DNA of 64,000 bases, taken from the NCBI GenBank assembly GCA_965214935.1, contig CBDCCS010000022.1, positions 384,001 through 448,000 on the forward strand, read 5' to 3'. Positions 19,507-29,147 of this stretch are shown here, one piece after another (positions within the stretch are counted from its first letter, which is position 1; each line of letters opens with the position of its first letter). The notes beneath the pieces are model-generated. The model did no database searches and had not been told where the DNA came from. It worked only from the letters and a program-made list of their open reading frames with translations. Source of the stretch: Candidatus Velthaea sp. Lineage in GTDB: Bacteria; Vulcanimicrobiota; Vulcanimicrobiia; Vulcanimicrobiales; Vulcanimicrobiaceae. The position numbers were made by a program, and so were the translations under genes.

Positions 19507-20403
19507 ATGGCCGAGAAAGCCGCCGGCAAACAACTTGCCCCGATCATCATTAAGAAGGTCTACAAAAAGAGCCATGGCGGGCACCACGGCGGAGCCTGGA
19601 AAATTGCCTACGCCGATTTCGTCACCGCGATGATGGCATTTTTCCTTTTGATGTGGCTGCTGTCGTACGCCGACCCCGGCACCAAAGCCGGAATCGCCGA
19701 ATACTTCAACCGTCCGCTCAAAGGATTGCAGCTATCGGGTCCCGGCGCGGCACCGACGATGGCGCCGAAAACCATCAAAGAAAAGATCGAAGCACAAAAA
19801 AAAGCGGATCAGAAAAGTCTCGAAGGGCTCAAGGCGAAATTGCAGGCGCTCGTCGAGCAAAACCCGCGGTTGAAGGCGTATAAAAATCAAATCAAGATCG
19901 AGATTACCAGCGAGGGCATGCGGGTGCAGATCGTCGATCAAAAAAACCGGCCGATGTTCGCCGTCGGTTCGGCGATCCTGCTCGACGACATGAAAGTCAT
20001 TCTCGATCAAATCGGCAAGACGCTCAACGAAGTCGGGAATCCGATTTCGATCGCCGGCCATACCGATGCGTTGCAATACGCCGGCGGCGGACGGGGTTAC
20101 TCGAACTGGGAACTTTCGAGCGAACGCGCGAACGCGGCGCGACGCGAACTCATCAGCGGCGGAATGCGCGAGAGCAAAGTCATGCAAGTGCGCGGCTTAG
20201 CCGGCTCGGTTCCGCTCATGAAGGATCTGACGAATCCGAGCAACCGCCGGATCAGCATCGTCGTCTTGAATGCCGCAACCGTCATCCGGCTCAAAGCCGA
20301 CGGCAGCGACGTGAAGGATGAAACAACGGCCAGCGATACGCCGGCCGCAGTCGAATCGCCGGCGCCGGTACAGTCAAGTGCAGCGGAGCCGGCCAAGAAA
20401 TGA
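19507..20403 (+). CDS. motB: Flagellar stator MotB
   Basis: WKIAYADFVTAMMAFFL; OmpA-like GHTD, NWELSSERANAAR, NRRI. Confidence 0.92.
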   Translation: MAEKAAGKQLAPIIIKKVYKKSHGGHHGGAWKIAYADFVTAMMAFFLLMWLLSYADPGTKAGIAEYFNRPLKGLQLSGPGAAPTMAPKTIKEKIEAQKKADQKSLEGLKAKLQALVEQNPRLKAYKNQIKIEITSEGMRVQIVDQKNRPMFAVGSAILLDDMKVILDQIGKTLNEVGNPISIAGHTDALQYAGGGRGYSNWELSSERANAARRELISGGMRESKVMQVRGLAGSVPLMKDLTNPSNRRISIVVLNAATVIRLKADGSDVKDETTASDTPAAVESPAPVQSSAAEPAKK

Positions 20404-20407
20404 TGCG

Positions 20408-23400
20408 TCAGGCCGTCGCGAACTCACGCACCGCGGCGGCGTTAAAGTAGGCGGCTTGCCGATGGTGCATGATAATTGCCGCCGTCGATTGCTCGGGGAC
20501 GATTTGGAAAGCCTCGGTTAGTTCGGTTCCGATTGCGGCTTGCGCGTCGAGTAAACGCCAAACGATTTCATGCTGACTGAGATCCGGACAGGCGCCGTAA
20601 CCCCAGCTATAGCGCTTCCCGCGGCCGGCTTCCAAGCGCAGTTCGGTGCGTATGCGCCGATGCATCGTTTCGGCGAGCGCTTCGGCCGATTGCACCGAGA
20701 AGCCGTGCAGAAAGTAGGACTCGCTGTAGTCGCCCGCGGCTTGCAGCCGGTCGATCTCATGCGATACGTCGCGTCCCATGCTGACGACTTGTAAGGCGAT
20801 GACGTCGCTCGCACGGCCGCCGTCCGGCTCGCGCAGATAATCGGCAAGACACAGATGTTCGCCCCCGATCTGTCGGGTGAACGGGAAACGCGCAATCTCG
20901 CGGCCGAGATCGCTCGGATCGTAGACGATGACGTCATCACCGCTGCCGGCGGCTGGGAAGTAGCCGTAGACAACGCGTGGATCGAGCAGTTTCGAGCGTT
21001 CGGCTAAGCGCTGGAAACGCGCGAGCCGCGGTGCAAACTCGGTCGCGACGATGGCGTCCCAATCCGCACCTTTCACATTCCCGCCGCCCCACGATAAACG
21101 GTACAGGCTTTTCAAATCGAAGTTCGGCCACAACTCGCGTATGTCGAGATCGCGCAGCGTCCGCACGCCGTAGAATGGTGCATGCGGAACGTCGGGATGC
21201 ACTAAGTGTTCGCGACCGGTCCGGCCGTGTGCCGGAGCCGTCGCGGCAGGCGTGCGCGCAATGTCGCGCGCGCGCAAAGCTTCGGAACGGATCCGCTCGA
21301 TGAAAACTTGCCGATCGGCGGGATTACTCATCAAGCGGTCCATGATGTCGAGGCCCTCGAAGGCATCTTTGGCATAAAAGAGCCCCGGCTCGAAGAGCGT
21401 CTCGTCGTCGACGAACGAGATTCGCCGGCTGAAATCACGATTGATCGCCGCGCCGCCGACAACGATCGGAAACGCGAGGCCGCGCGCCATTTGTTCTTTG
21501 ACGCAAACCGGCATTTGTTTCGAGGTCGATACCAGTAGCGCCGATAGACCGATTGCATCGGCGTTGACTTCAACGGCCTTTTCCAGAATCGTATTCATCG
21601 GCACTTGCTTACCAAGATCGAAGACGGTGTAGCCGTTATTCGATAGGATCGTATAAACCAGATTCTTTCCGATGTCGTGAACATCGCCGAAGACCGTTGC
21701 CAGAACGACTTTGCCTTTCGTCGTGCCTTCGACTTTATCGAGAAACTGTTCGAGGTGCGCGACGGCTTTCTTCATCACTTCGGCCGATTGCAGCACGAAC
21801 GGTAGAATAAGTTCGCCCGCGCCGAATTTATCGCCGACTTCTTTCATCGCCGGGAGCAGAACGTTGTTGAGCACATCGACGGGATCGCGAGCGTTCAGAA
21901 CCTCATCGAGCTTCGCCTCGATGCCGTCTTTGCGCCGGCGCAAGATCGCGTTGTGGATGCGCCGCTCGATCGGTGCATCGAGATCGTCGTCGACGCTTGC
22001 CGCGCTCGTCGTACCGTCGCTCTTTTTCGTTTCCCAATGTTCGATGACACGCTGTAACGCATCGGTTCGCCGATTGAAGACGAGGTCGTCGCACAGCGCG
22101 CGTTCGGTCGCATCGAGCTCGGCGTACGGCGTTATTTCCTTGGCGTTGACGAGCGCCATATCCAGCCCGGCCGCGACGCAGTGATGCAGCATGACGGAGT
22201 TCAACGCGGCGCGCGCAGGCGGCTTGAGTCCGAACGAAACGTTCGAAACGCCGAGCGACGTTAAAACGCCGGGCAGCTGCTGCTTGATGAGGCGAATCCC
22301 TTCGATCGTTTCGACCGCGGAATCCAGAAACTCGGCGTCGCCGGTCGCCAGCGTAAACGTCAACGCGTCAAAGATCAGCGCGCCCGGCGCGAGACCGAAT
22401 TCACTCGTGACGATCGCGTGAATGCGTCGCGCAATTTCGAGTTTCCGCTCGCGCGTTTTCGCCATACCGGTCTCATCGATGGTGAGGGCAACGACCGCTG
22501 CACCGGCGTCGCGCACGAGCGGCATCACATCGTCGATTCGCGTGCGGCCGTTTTCAAGATTGATCGAGTTGACGACAGCCCGGCCGGCGTAGATGTTGAG
22601 GGCCTTCTCGATGACCCGCGCTTCGGTCGAATCGATCATTAGCGGTGCTTCAACCGACTGTGCCAGCCGTTTGACGATGATTGCCATTTGCTCGTCTTCA
22701 TCGGTTCGCTCGGTTAGCGCCGTGCAGATGTCCAGAATGTGCGCGCCGCCTTCGACTTGCTCGCGTGCGACGAGCACGATGTCGTCGTAATTCTCTTCGA
22801 GCAACAGGCGTTTGATACGGCGCGACCCTTGCGAATTGATGCGCTCGCCGACGATCGTGACCGACCCGTCCTGCTTGAGCGCGACGGCCGTCATCGCCGA
22901 CGCGGCGAACTGTAGCGGCTTGGGCTGCGGCGGCCGACCCGTCCGGCCGGCGACGGCAGCAGCAAATGCCGCAATATGTTCGGGCGTCGTGCCGCAACAG
23001 CCGCCGATCGCATTGACGCCGAAATCGGTAACAAATGCACCGAGTTCGGCCGCCATCTCGGCCGGACGTTCGGGATAGATCGTCTCGCCTTTGGGTCCCA
23101 TAAGCGGCAAACCGGCGTTCGGAATAACGCTGACGTAACAGCGTGAAGACTCGACCAGATAGCGTACCGCGTCGCGCATGTGCGTCGGGCCGGTCGAACA
23201 GTTGAGGCCGATGACGTCGATCGGTAGCGCATCGAGCGTGGCGGTAACGGCCCGAATGTCGGTACCGAGCAGCATTCGTCCGGTCACGTCAAGGGTTGCC
23301 TGCGCTTGAATCGGTACGCGCCGCGCACCGCGCCGGAATTCGCGCTCGATCCCGGCGATCGCCGCCTTCATTTCCAGCAGATCCTGACTGGTCTCGAGCA

Positions 23401-23890
23401 GCAAGAGATCGACGCCCCCTTCGATGAGGTAGCGCGCCTGCTCGCCGTAAAGATCGGTGAGCCGATCGAAGCTAATCTTCGAGAGCGTCGGATCGGATGA
23501 CGAAATAAGCATTCCGGTCGGACCCATCGCACCCGCGACGAAACGCGGCCGGTCGGGCGTCGAAAACCGGTCCGCCGCTTCGCGCGCGAGCCGCGCGCCG
23601 TCACGATTGACGTCGGCAACGCGTTCACCCAGGCCGTATTCATCGAGCTTCAACCGCGAGGCGGTGAAGGTATCGGTTTCGACAACATCCGCGCCGGCGG
23701 CAAAGTAGGTTTCATGGATGCCACGGATCAACTCCGGCCGGCTTAGGACGAGCGCTTCGTTACAGCCATGATAGGCCGCACCTCCGAAGGCTTCATCGTC
23801 AAGCTCGAGCTCCATGAGCTGCGTCCCCATCGCGCCATCGAAGACGAGTACGCGCGAGTCGAGGGCCTCGAGGTAGCTGGAACGGCTCAT
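20408..23890 (-). CDS. metH: Cobalamin-dependent methionine synthase
   Basis: DGAMGT, GLNC, GGCCGT, GERIN, GDVHDIGKN B12-binding motif, RYSWGYGACPD. Confidence 0.95.
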   Translation of the reverse strand: MSRSSYLEALDSRVLVFDGAMGTQLMELELDDEAFGGAAYHGCNEALVLSRPELIRGIHETYFAAGADVVETDTFTASRLKLDEYGLGERVADVNRDGARLAREAADRFSTPDRPRFVAGAMGPTGMLISSSDPTLSKISFDRLTDLYGEQARYLIEGGVDLLLLETSQDLLEMKAAIAGIEREFRRGARRVPIQAQATLDVTGRMLLGTDIRAVTATLDALPIDVIGLNCSTGPTHMRDAVRYLVESSRCYVSVIPNAGLPLMGPKGETIYPERPAEMAAELGAFVTDFGVNAIGGCCGTTPEHIAAFAAAVAGRTGRPPQPKPLQFAASAMTAVALKQDGSVTIVGERINSQGSRRIKRLLLEENYDDIVLVAREQVEGGAHILDICTALTERTDEDEQMAIIVKRLAQSVEAPLMIDSTEARVIEKALNIYAGRAVVNSINLENGRTRIDDVMPLVRDAGAAVVALTIDETGMAKTRERKLEIARRIHAIVTSEFGLAPGALIFDALTFTLATGDAEFLDSAVETIEGIRLIKQQLPGVLTSLGVSNVSFGLKPPARAALNSVMLHHCVAAGLDMALVNAKEITPYAELDATERALCDDLVFNRRTDALQRVIEHWETKKSDGTTSAASVDDDLDAPIERRIHNAILRRRKDGIEAKLDEVLNARDPVDVLNNVLLPAMKEVGDKFGAGELILPFVLQSAEVMKKAVAHLEQFLDKVEGTTKGKVVLATVFGDVHDIGKNLVYTILSNNGYTVFDLGKQVPMNTILEKAVEVNADAIGLSALLVSTSKQMPVCVKEQMARGLAFPIVVGGAAINRDFSRRISFVDDETLFEPGLFYAKDAFEGLDIMDRLMSNPADRQVFIERIRSEALRARDIARTPAATAPAHGRTGREHLVHPDVPHAPFYGVRTLRDLDIRELWPNFDLKSLYRLSWGGGNVKGADWDAIVATEFAPRLARFQRLAERSKLLDPRVVYGYFPAAGSGDDVIVYDPSDLGREIARFPFTRQIGGEHLCLADYLREPDGGRASDVIALQVVSMGRDVSHEIDRLQAAGDYSESYFLHGFSVQSAEALAETMHRRIRTELRLEAGRGKRYSWGYGACPDLSQHEIVWRLLDAQAAIGTELTEAFQIVPEQSTAAIIMHHRQAAYFNAAAVREFATA

Positions 23891-23932
23891 ACATAACATC
23901 TTCGGCAACGACCGATGCAATCGTGTCTTTGT

Positions 23933-23970
23933 TTGTCCGATCGTAACTGTTCAAGCGCTATCAGACAACG
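23933..23970 (-). promoter_or_regulatory. metH promoter/operator unit A
   Basis: Minus strand: TTGTCT, N17, TACGAT, then CGGACAA. Confidence 0.6.
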
Positions 23971-24025
23971 TTTCCGGTCGACGGCGGGCGCGTACAGTGC
24001 CATGGTTGCGCCGTTGCTGCAAAAC

Positions 24026-24063
24026 CGTTGTCCTACGCAGCAGGAGCGTGTACGATCGGACAA
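24026..24063 (+). promoter_or_regulatory. fic promoter/operator unit B (inverted copy of unit A)
   Basis: TTGTCC (24028-24033), N17, TACGAT (24051-24056), CGGACA, ATG at 24063. Confidence 0.6.
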
Positions 24064-25001
24064 TGGCCGACGTGGTCCGGGCCGGACGGGCCGATGAGGC
24101 GCTCCGTGCGGTGCGGCAATTATCGCCGCGCGCGAGCATCGCCTATGAGATGCGCGCCGTCCAGCGAGCCGAGATTTTCGGGTCGACCGCGTTGGCCGGC
24201 AGTCGCCTATCGCCGGTTGAGGTTGACGCGTTGCTCGATCGCGACCGCGCTCGGGGTAACCACCGTTTGGGCGACTACATCCTCGTACGGGCGTATGCCG
24301 ACGCCGCGCGTGGAATCGCCGACACGCGCGGATTTCCGGCGGGCGACCGGCGGCCGCTGATCGCCATCGAAGAGTTGCGGGCACTCAATGCGCGGGTAAC
24401 CGCCGGGACCACTGCCCGCGGCGGCGCTTGGCGGCAAGGAAACGCCATGACCGCCGGAGTCGTTTCGCCGGCAGCGTGGCTGGTCGCCCGCGAAGTCACG
24501 ACGTTGCTCGACCGGTTTGGCCGCGGACCGCAAAACATGCCGATTGCCGAATGGCTCGCCAAGTTTTTAGGTCGCTTTGCGCGCTTGTTACCGTTTGAAG
24601 CCGCCAACGGCCGGACGGGCCGGCTTGCGGCAAATCTCCTTCTGCGCCGTCTCGACGGCGTTCCGCTGGTCTTCGCAAAGCCGGACCGGCGGCAGTACGC
24701 TAGCGCATTGGCAGCGGCCGAAGCCGACGACCAGAACGCACTTGCGCGGATCGTCGCCGCTGCACTCATCCGGACGTCGGAGCGACTGGTGAACGCCGGA
24801 CATCAAGCCGATACCCTCGTAGCGCCGCTGCGCACTCTTGCCGGCGACGACTATACGAGCCTCGCAAAGGCAGCTCAGCGCGGCCGGCTGCGCACCATCG
24901 TGCGCAGCGGCCGGTATTACACAACGGCGGAGTGGATCGACGCGTACCGGACCGCTACACGCCGCGTACTGCCGGCTCCGGCGACTCGCCCAATCCCGTG
25001 A
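24063..25001 (+). CDS. Fic-domain protein with degenerate active site and putative C-terminal HTH
   Basis: LPFEAANGRTGR versus canonical HPFxDGNGRxxR; C-terminal LAKAAQRGRL...GRYYTTAEWIDAY. Confidence 0.75.
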   Translation: MADVVRAGRADEALRAVRQLSPRASIAYEMRAVQRAEIFGSTALAGSRLSPVEVDALLDRDRARGNHRLGDYILVRAYADAARGIADTRGFPAGDRRPLIAIEELRALNARVTAGTTARGGAWRQGNAMTAGVVSPAAWLVAREVTTLLDRFGRGPQNMPIAEWLAKFLGRFARLLPFEAANGRTGRLAANLLLRRLDGVPLVFAKPDRRQYASALAAAEADDQNALARIVAAALIRTSERLVNAGHQADTLVAPLRTLAGDDYTSLAKAAQRGRLRTIVRSGRYYTTAEWIDAYRTATRRVLPAPATRPIP

Positions 25002-28000
25002 TCCGGCCGTTACCCTTGGTCGCCGGGCGCGGCCGCAGCCGTTCTTCCAAGCCGATGATCAGCACGTAGAGCACCGGAACGACGAACAGATTGAGAATCG
25101 TCGAGACGAGCATTCCGCCGAAGACAACGGTGCCGAGCGAGTTCCGTGAGGCCGCGCCGTTGCCCGTGGCAATCACCAGCGGAAAAATACCCAGAATAAA
25201 GGCAATGGAGGTCATGAGAATCGGTCGCAAGCGCGTTTCGGCGGCCCGCACGACCGCGTCGCGAATCGAGTAGCCTTGCGCGCGCAACTGATTGGCAAAC
25301 TCGACGATCAGAATCGCATTTTTCGACGAAAGTCCCACGAGCATGACGAAGCCGACTTGGGCATAGACGTCGGAAACCTCGAACGTGTGCGTTAGTCCGG
25401 CGAGAAAGAAATTCCGCAGGAAGATCGCACCGAGTGCGCCGAGCAGCGCGATCGGCACGCTCAGCAGAATGATGAGCGGATCGATGAAGCTCTCGTATTG
25501 CGCCGCGAGCACCAAATACGTGAAGACGATACCGAGCAGGAAGATGAGCGCGGCCTGGCTCCCGCCCTCGACCTGCTCGCGCGATATACCGCTCCATTCG
25601 TAACGGAAGCCCGGCGCAATTTGCGCCCGCAACTTCTCCATTTCGCGAATCGCATCGCCCGAACCATGACCGGAGCCGGGCTGACCGTTGAGTTCGACCG
25701 AGCGGTACAAATTGAAGTGCGAGATGACCGGCGCCGTTTTCGTTTGCGTCTGGGTGAGCAGCGCGGAGATCGGAATCAAACCGCCGCCCGTGCTGTTGTG
25801 CACGTAGATCTGCGACAAATCGGAGACAACCGAGCGATACGGCGCATCAGCCTGCACGTAAACCCGATACGACCGATCGAGGTAATCGAAATCGTTGACG
25901 TACTCCGAGCCCAAGAACACTTGCATGGACGCATAGACGTCGGCCATCGTCAAGCCGAGCGCCTTGACTTTGTTGCGATCGACTTGGGCGACGAGTTGCG
26001 GGCTGTTGATGGTAAATGTCGTGTAGACTTGCTTGAGCAACGGATCTTGCGCGGCGGCACCCATCATTCCGTAGGCAGCGTACGCCATCGGTGTGAGCCC
26101 CTTGTTCGTGTTGTCCTCGAGCTCGAAGGCCACACCGCCTTGGAATCCGAGACCGGCGATCGCCGGCGGGTTGACCGGAAACGTCGATGAATCCGGGATT
26201 TGGCTCAGCGCGCCGTACAGACGCCCGATCAGCGCGCCGGCGCTGTGCGGACCACCGCCGCGTTCGGCCAGCGGTTTGAGCTTGGCGAACATAATCGCTT
26301 TATTCGGACCGTTACCCGTGAAGCCGAAACCGCCGACGTCGAAGACGTCGGTAACCTCGGATTGCTTGAACAACACTTCTTCGATCTTCTTGCGTGCAAC
26401 GAGCATCGTGTCGGCCGACGTGCCTTCAGCTGCTTGCGACGACACGAGTAAAAAACTTTGATCTTCGTCCGGCACGAAGCCCGTCGGCGTCGATGTGAAG
26501 AGAAATGCCGTCGACGCCAGCGCCACGAGAAACAACACGAGAATGATCGGCCAGCGCGTGATCACACCGGGCAAGAAGCGGTCGTAGCGCGCGCGGGTGC
26601 CGTCGATCGCCCAATTGATCGAACGAAAAAACCGGTTTTTCGGCCGCTCGCCATGACCGAGCAAGAGCGACGACAAGACCGGGGTAAGCGTCAGCGCGTT
26701 GAACAGCGAAATTGCAATCGAGATCGCGATGGTCAGCGCGAACTGTTTGTAGAGCTGACCGGTCGTTCCGGGAAAAAAGCCGACCGGGATGAACACGGCG
26801 AGCAGTACGAGCGACGTCGCAACGACGGCGCCGCTGATTTCGCGCATTGCTTCGAGCGCGGCTTGTGCCGGCGGCATCTTCTTTTCTTGTATGAAACGTG
26901 CGATGTTTTCGATTACGACGATCGCATCGTCGACGACGAGTCCGGTGGCGAGCGTCAATCCGAAGAGCGTCAGCGTGTTGATCGAAAAGCCGAGAATCTT
27001 CATGAACGCAAACGTGCCGATGAGCGAGATCGGAATCGTGATCGACGGGATGAGCGTCGTACGCCAATCCTGCAGAAATAAATAAATGACGGCAACGACG
27101 AGTACGATTGCAATGAGCAGCGTCTCGGTGACGTCTTTGATCGACTCGCGTACGAAGTCGGTTGAATCGAAGGCGATCTTATAGGTAACGCCGGCCGGGA
27201 ATTCGCGCGACAGGCGTTCCATCGTCGTCTTGACGTCGCGCGAAATCTGCAGTGCGTTGCCGTCCGGTAACTGCTGGATGCCGATGCCGATCGAGGGCTG
27301 ACGATCGAAACGCAAATCGGTGCCGTAGTTCTCCGCACCTAGTTCGGTGCGGCCGATGTCGGCAACGCGTACGAAACCGCCGTCGGCATTCGTTTTGAGC
27401 ACGACGTTTGCAAATTGATCGGGCGAGTTGAGCCGGCCGGTCGCACGCACGGAGAGATAATATGGATTATGCCCGGTCGTCGGTGCGGCGCCGATTGCGC
27501 CCGAGGCGACCTGGACGTTTTGGTCTTGTAGCGCCGTCACGACGTCGCCGGCGCTGATGCCGTTGTCCGCAAGCTTCTTCGGATCGACCCATACGCGCAT
27601 TGCGTACTTGCGCTCACCGAAGATTTGCACGTTACCGATGCCGGTGATCCGGCGCAATTCGTTGGCGACGTTAAGGTCGACGTAATTGCTGAGATCGGTC
27701 GCCGACATTTTACCGTTGGAGACCATACCGATCGCCATGACGTAACTCGACGTCGAATTTTTATTGACCGTGACGCCGGTTTGCTTGATCTCATTGGGTA
27801 GCCGGCCGTTGGCGAGGTTGACGGCGTTCTGAACGTCGTTTGCGGCTTGATCGAGGTCGCGGCCAAGATTGAAGACGCAGGTGATGGTGCTCGAACCGTC
27901 GTTACCGGACTGCGAACTTATATAGCGCAGACCTTGAACGCCGTTGATCGATTCTTCGAGCGGCGTCGTTACCGACGCTTCGACGGCCTGCGCGCTCGCG

Positions 28001-28152
28001 CCGGTGTACGTTGAGGTGACGGTGATTGTCGGCGGCGCGACGATCGGAAATTGCGCGATCGGCAGCAGCGGAATGCTGACGAGGCCCAGTAACAAAATCA
28101 CAAGCGAACAGACCGAAGCAAAAATCGGCCGCCGTAAAAAGAACTCGATCAC
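24955..28152 (-). CDS. RND efflux permease (HAE1/AcrB family)
   Basis: FFLRRPIFA, GLVVDDAIVVIEN, KNAILIVEFA, RLRPILMTS. Confidence 0.95.
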   Translation of the reverse strand: MIEFFLRRPIFASVCSLVILLLGLVSIPLLPIAQFPIVAPPTITVTSTYTGASAQAVEASVTTPLEESINGVQGLRYISSQSGNDGSSTITCVFNLGRDLDQAANDVQNAVNLANGRLPNEIKQTGVTVNKNSTSSYVMAIGMVSNGKMSATDLSNYVDLNVANELRRITGIGNVQIFGERKYAMRVWVDPKKLADNGISAGDVVTALQDQNVQVASGAIGAAPTTGHNPYYLSVRATGRLNSPDQFANVVLKTNADGGFVRVADIGRTELGAENYGTDLRFDRQPSIGIGIQQLPDGNALQISRDVKTTMERLSREFPAGVTYKIAFDSTDFVRESIKDVTETLLIAIVLVVAVIYLFLQDWRTTLIPSITIPISLIGTFAFMKILGFSINTLTLFGLTLATGLVVDDAIVVIENIARFIQEKKMPPAQAALEAMREISGAVVATSLVLLAVFIPVGFFPGTTGQLYKQFALTIAISIAISLFNALTLTPVLSSLLLGHGERPKNRFFRSINWAIDGTRARYDRFLPGVITRWPIILVLFLVALASTAFLFTSTPTGFVPDEDQSFLLVSSQAAEGTSADTMLVARKKIEEVLFKQSEVTDVFDVGGFGFTGNGPNKAIMFAKLKPLAERGGGPHSAGALIGRLYGALSQIPDSSTFPVNPPAIAGLGFQGGVAFELEDNTNKGLTPMAYAAYGMMGAAAQDPLLKQVYTTFTINSPQLVAQVDRNKVKALGLTMADVYASMQVFLGSEYVNDFDYLDRSYRVYVQADAPYRSVVSDLSQIYVHNSTGGGLIPISALLTQTQTKTAPVISHFNLYRSVELNGQPGSGHGSGDAIREMEKLRAQIAPGFRYEWSGISREQVEGGSQAALIFLLGIVFTYLVLAAQYESFIDPLIILLSVPIALLGALGAIFLRNFFLAGLTHTFEVSDVYAQVGFVMLVGLSSKNAILIVEFANQLRAQGYSIRDAVVRAAETRLRPILMTSIAFILGIFPLVIATGNGAASRNSLGTVVFGGMLVSTILNLFVVPVLYVLIIGLEERLRPRPATKGNGRITGLGESPEPAVRGV

Positions 28153-28673
28153 GCTGTCTTGGACCTTTCGTCGTGAGCGGTGGTTGCCGCCAGCAGCGCG
28201 CGTAAGCGCCGCTTACCGCGGCGGATACGGGTGGCCGCAGTGGCGGGCGGAATGCCGAGGCGTTCGCCGACGTCGCGGAAACGCAGGCCGTGCAGCAGGT
28301 GCAGCGCGACGGGTAGCTCGACTGCGACGAGCGCGGTGACGCGCCGCGCTTCGGCGTTCGCCAGCGCTTCATCTTCTGCCGACGGCAATGCGCCGCCGGC
28401 CGTTACGTTATCGGCGACGACCGACGCGCGCGATCCCGCCGCGATGTTGAGTGCTTTACGGGTTGCGATACGCGAGAGCCACGGAAACGGATCGCTCGCA
28501 TCGCGAAAGCGGCCATGGGCACGAAACGCCGCTAAAAACGCGTCGTGCGTCGCATCTTCGGCATCGAATTCGTTGCCGACGATCCGGCGGGCAACGCGGC
28601 GCAGCCGCCCGGCATACTGCGCGTACCACGCTTCAATATCCGGGCCGGCTGTCGAATTACTGGTATTCATCAA
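28149..28673 (-). CDS. ECF RNA polymerase sigma factor
   Basis: DAEDATHDAFL, WLSRIA (region 2); GIPPATAATRIRRG (region 4). Confidence 0.85.
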   Translation of the reverse strand: MMNTSNSTAGPDIEAWYAQYAGRLRRVARRIVGNEFDAEDATHDAFLAAFRAHGRFRDASDPFPWLSRIATRKALNIAAGSRASVVADNVTAGGALPSAEDEALANAEARRVTALVAVELPVALHLLHGLRFRDVGERLGIPPATAATRIRRGKRRLRALLAATTAHDERSKTA

Positions 28674-28681
28674 GCAAATCG

Positions 28682-28711
28682 GTTATACTAGCAAACGATG
28701 GTACATGTCAA
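28682..28711 (-). promoter_or_regulatory. Near-consensus sigma-70 promoter for the ECF-RND operon
   Basis: Minus strand: TTGACA (28711-28706), N18, TATAAC (28687-28682); overlaps plus-strand TATACT (28684-28689). Confidence 0.6.
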
Positions 28712-29147
28712 GGATCAGGTAGCTGTTTGGCGCTCGCTCATCGATCTGATCCAATCGCAGAAATATTGGATGCAGCAAATCGCCGAAGATTTCGGCATCA
28801 CTCCGCAAATGGCGATCGCACTCAAGGAGGTGCCGCCAGCCGGCGGCACGACGATGAAGAAACTTGCCGGCCAGCTATTTTGCGATGCCTCGAATGCGAC
28901 GGGTATCGTCGACCGGCTCGAGTCGCGCGGCTATGTCGAGCGGCGGCCGCATGAGAACGACCGGCGGGTGAAATGCGTCGCGCTGACGGCCGCCGGACGC
29001 CGCCTACGACGCAAACTCGACGACCGGCTCGCGCTCCCGCCGCCGGCCATTGCGGCGCTCTCCGATACCGATCAAGAACAGCTCGGCGCGATCCTTGAAC
29101 GGGCGCTTATTCTAGCGCAGCGACAGCGCGAAGAACGCGAAAGTTAA
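28698..29147 (+). CDS. MarR family regulator
   Basis: SNATGIVDRLESRGYVER...DRRVK...LTAAG. Confidence 0.9.
   Translation: MVHVKDQVAVWRSLIDLIQSQKYWMQQIAEDFGITPQMAIALKEVPPAGGTTMKKLAGQLFCDASNATGIVDRLESRGYVERRPHENDRRVKCVALTAAGRRLRRKLDDRLALPPPAIAALSDTDQEQLGAILERALILAQRQREERES

Noticed and set aside
18592..20403. Zorya (ZorA/ZorB) anti-phage system
   Set aside because: Canonical MotA/MotB lengths and motifs; no long ZorA tail and no zorC/D/E genes
23891..24062. Cobalamin or SAM riboswitch upstream of metH
   Set aside because: No recognisable consensus, and the predicted leader is only about 40 nt
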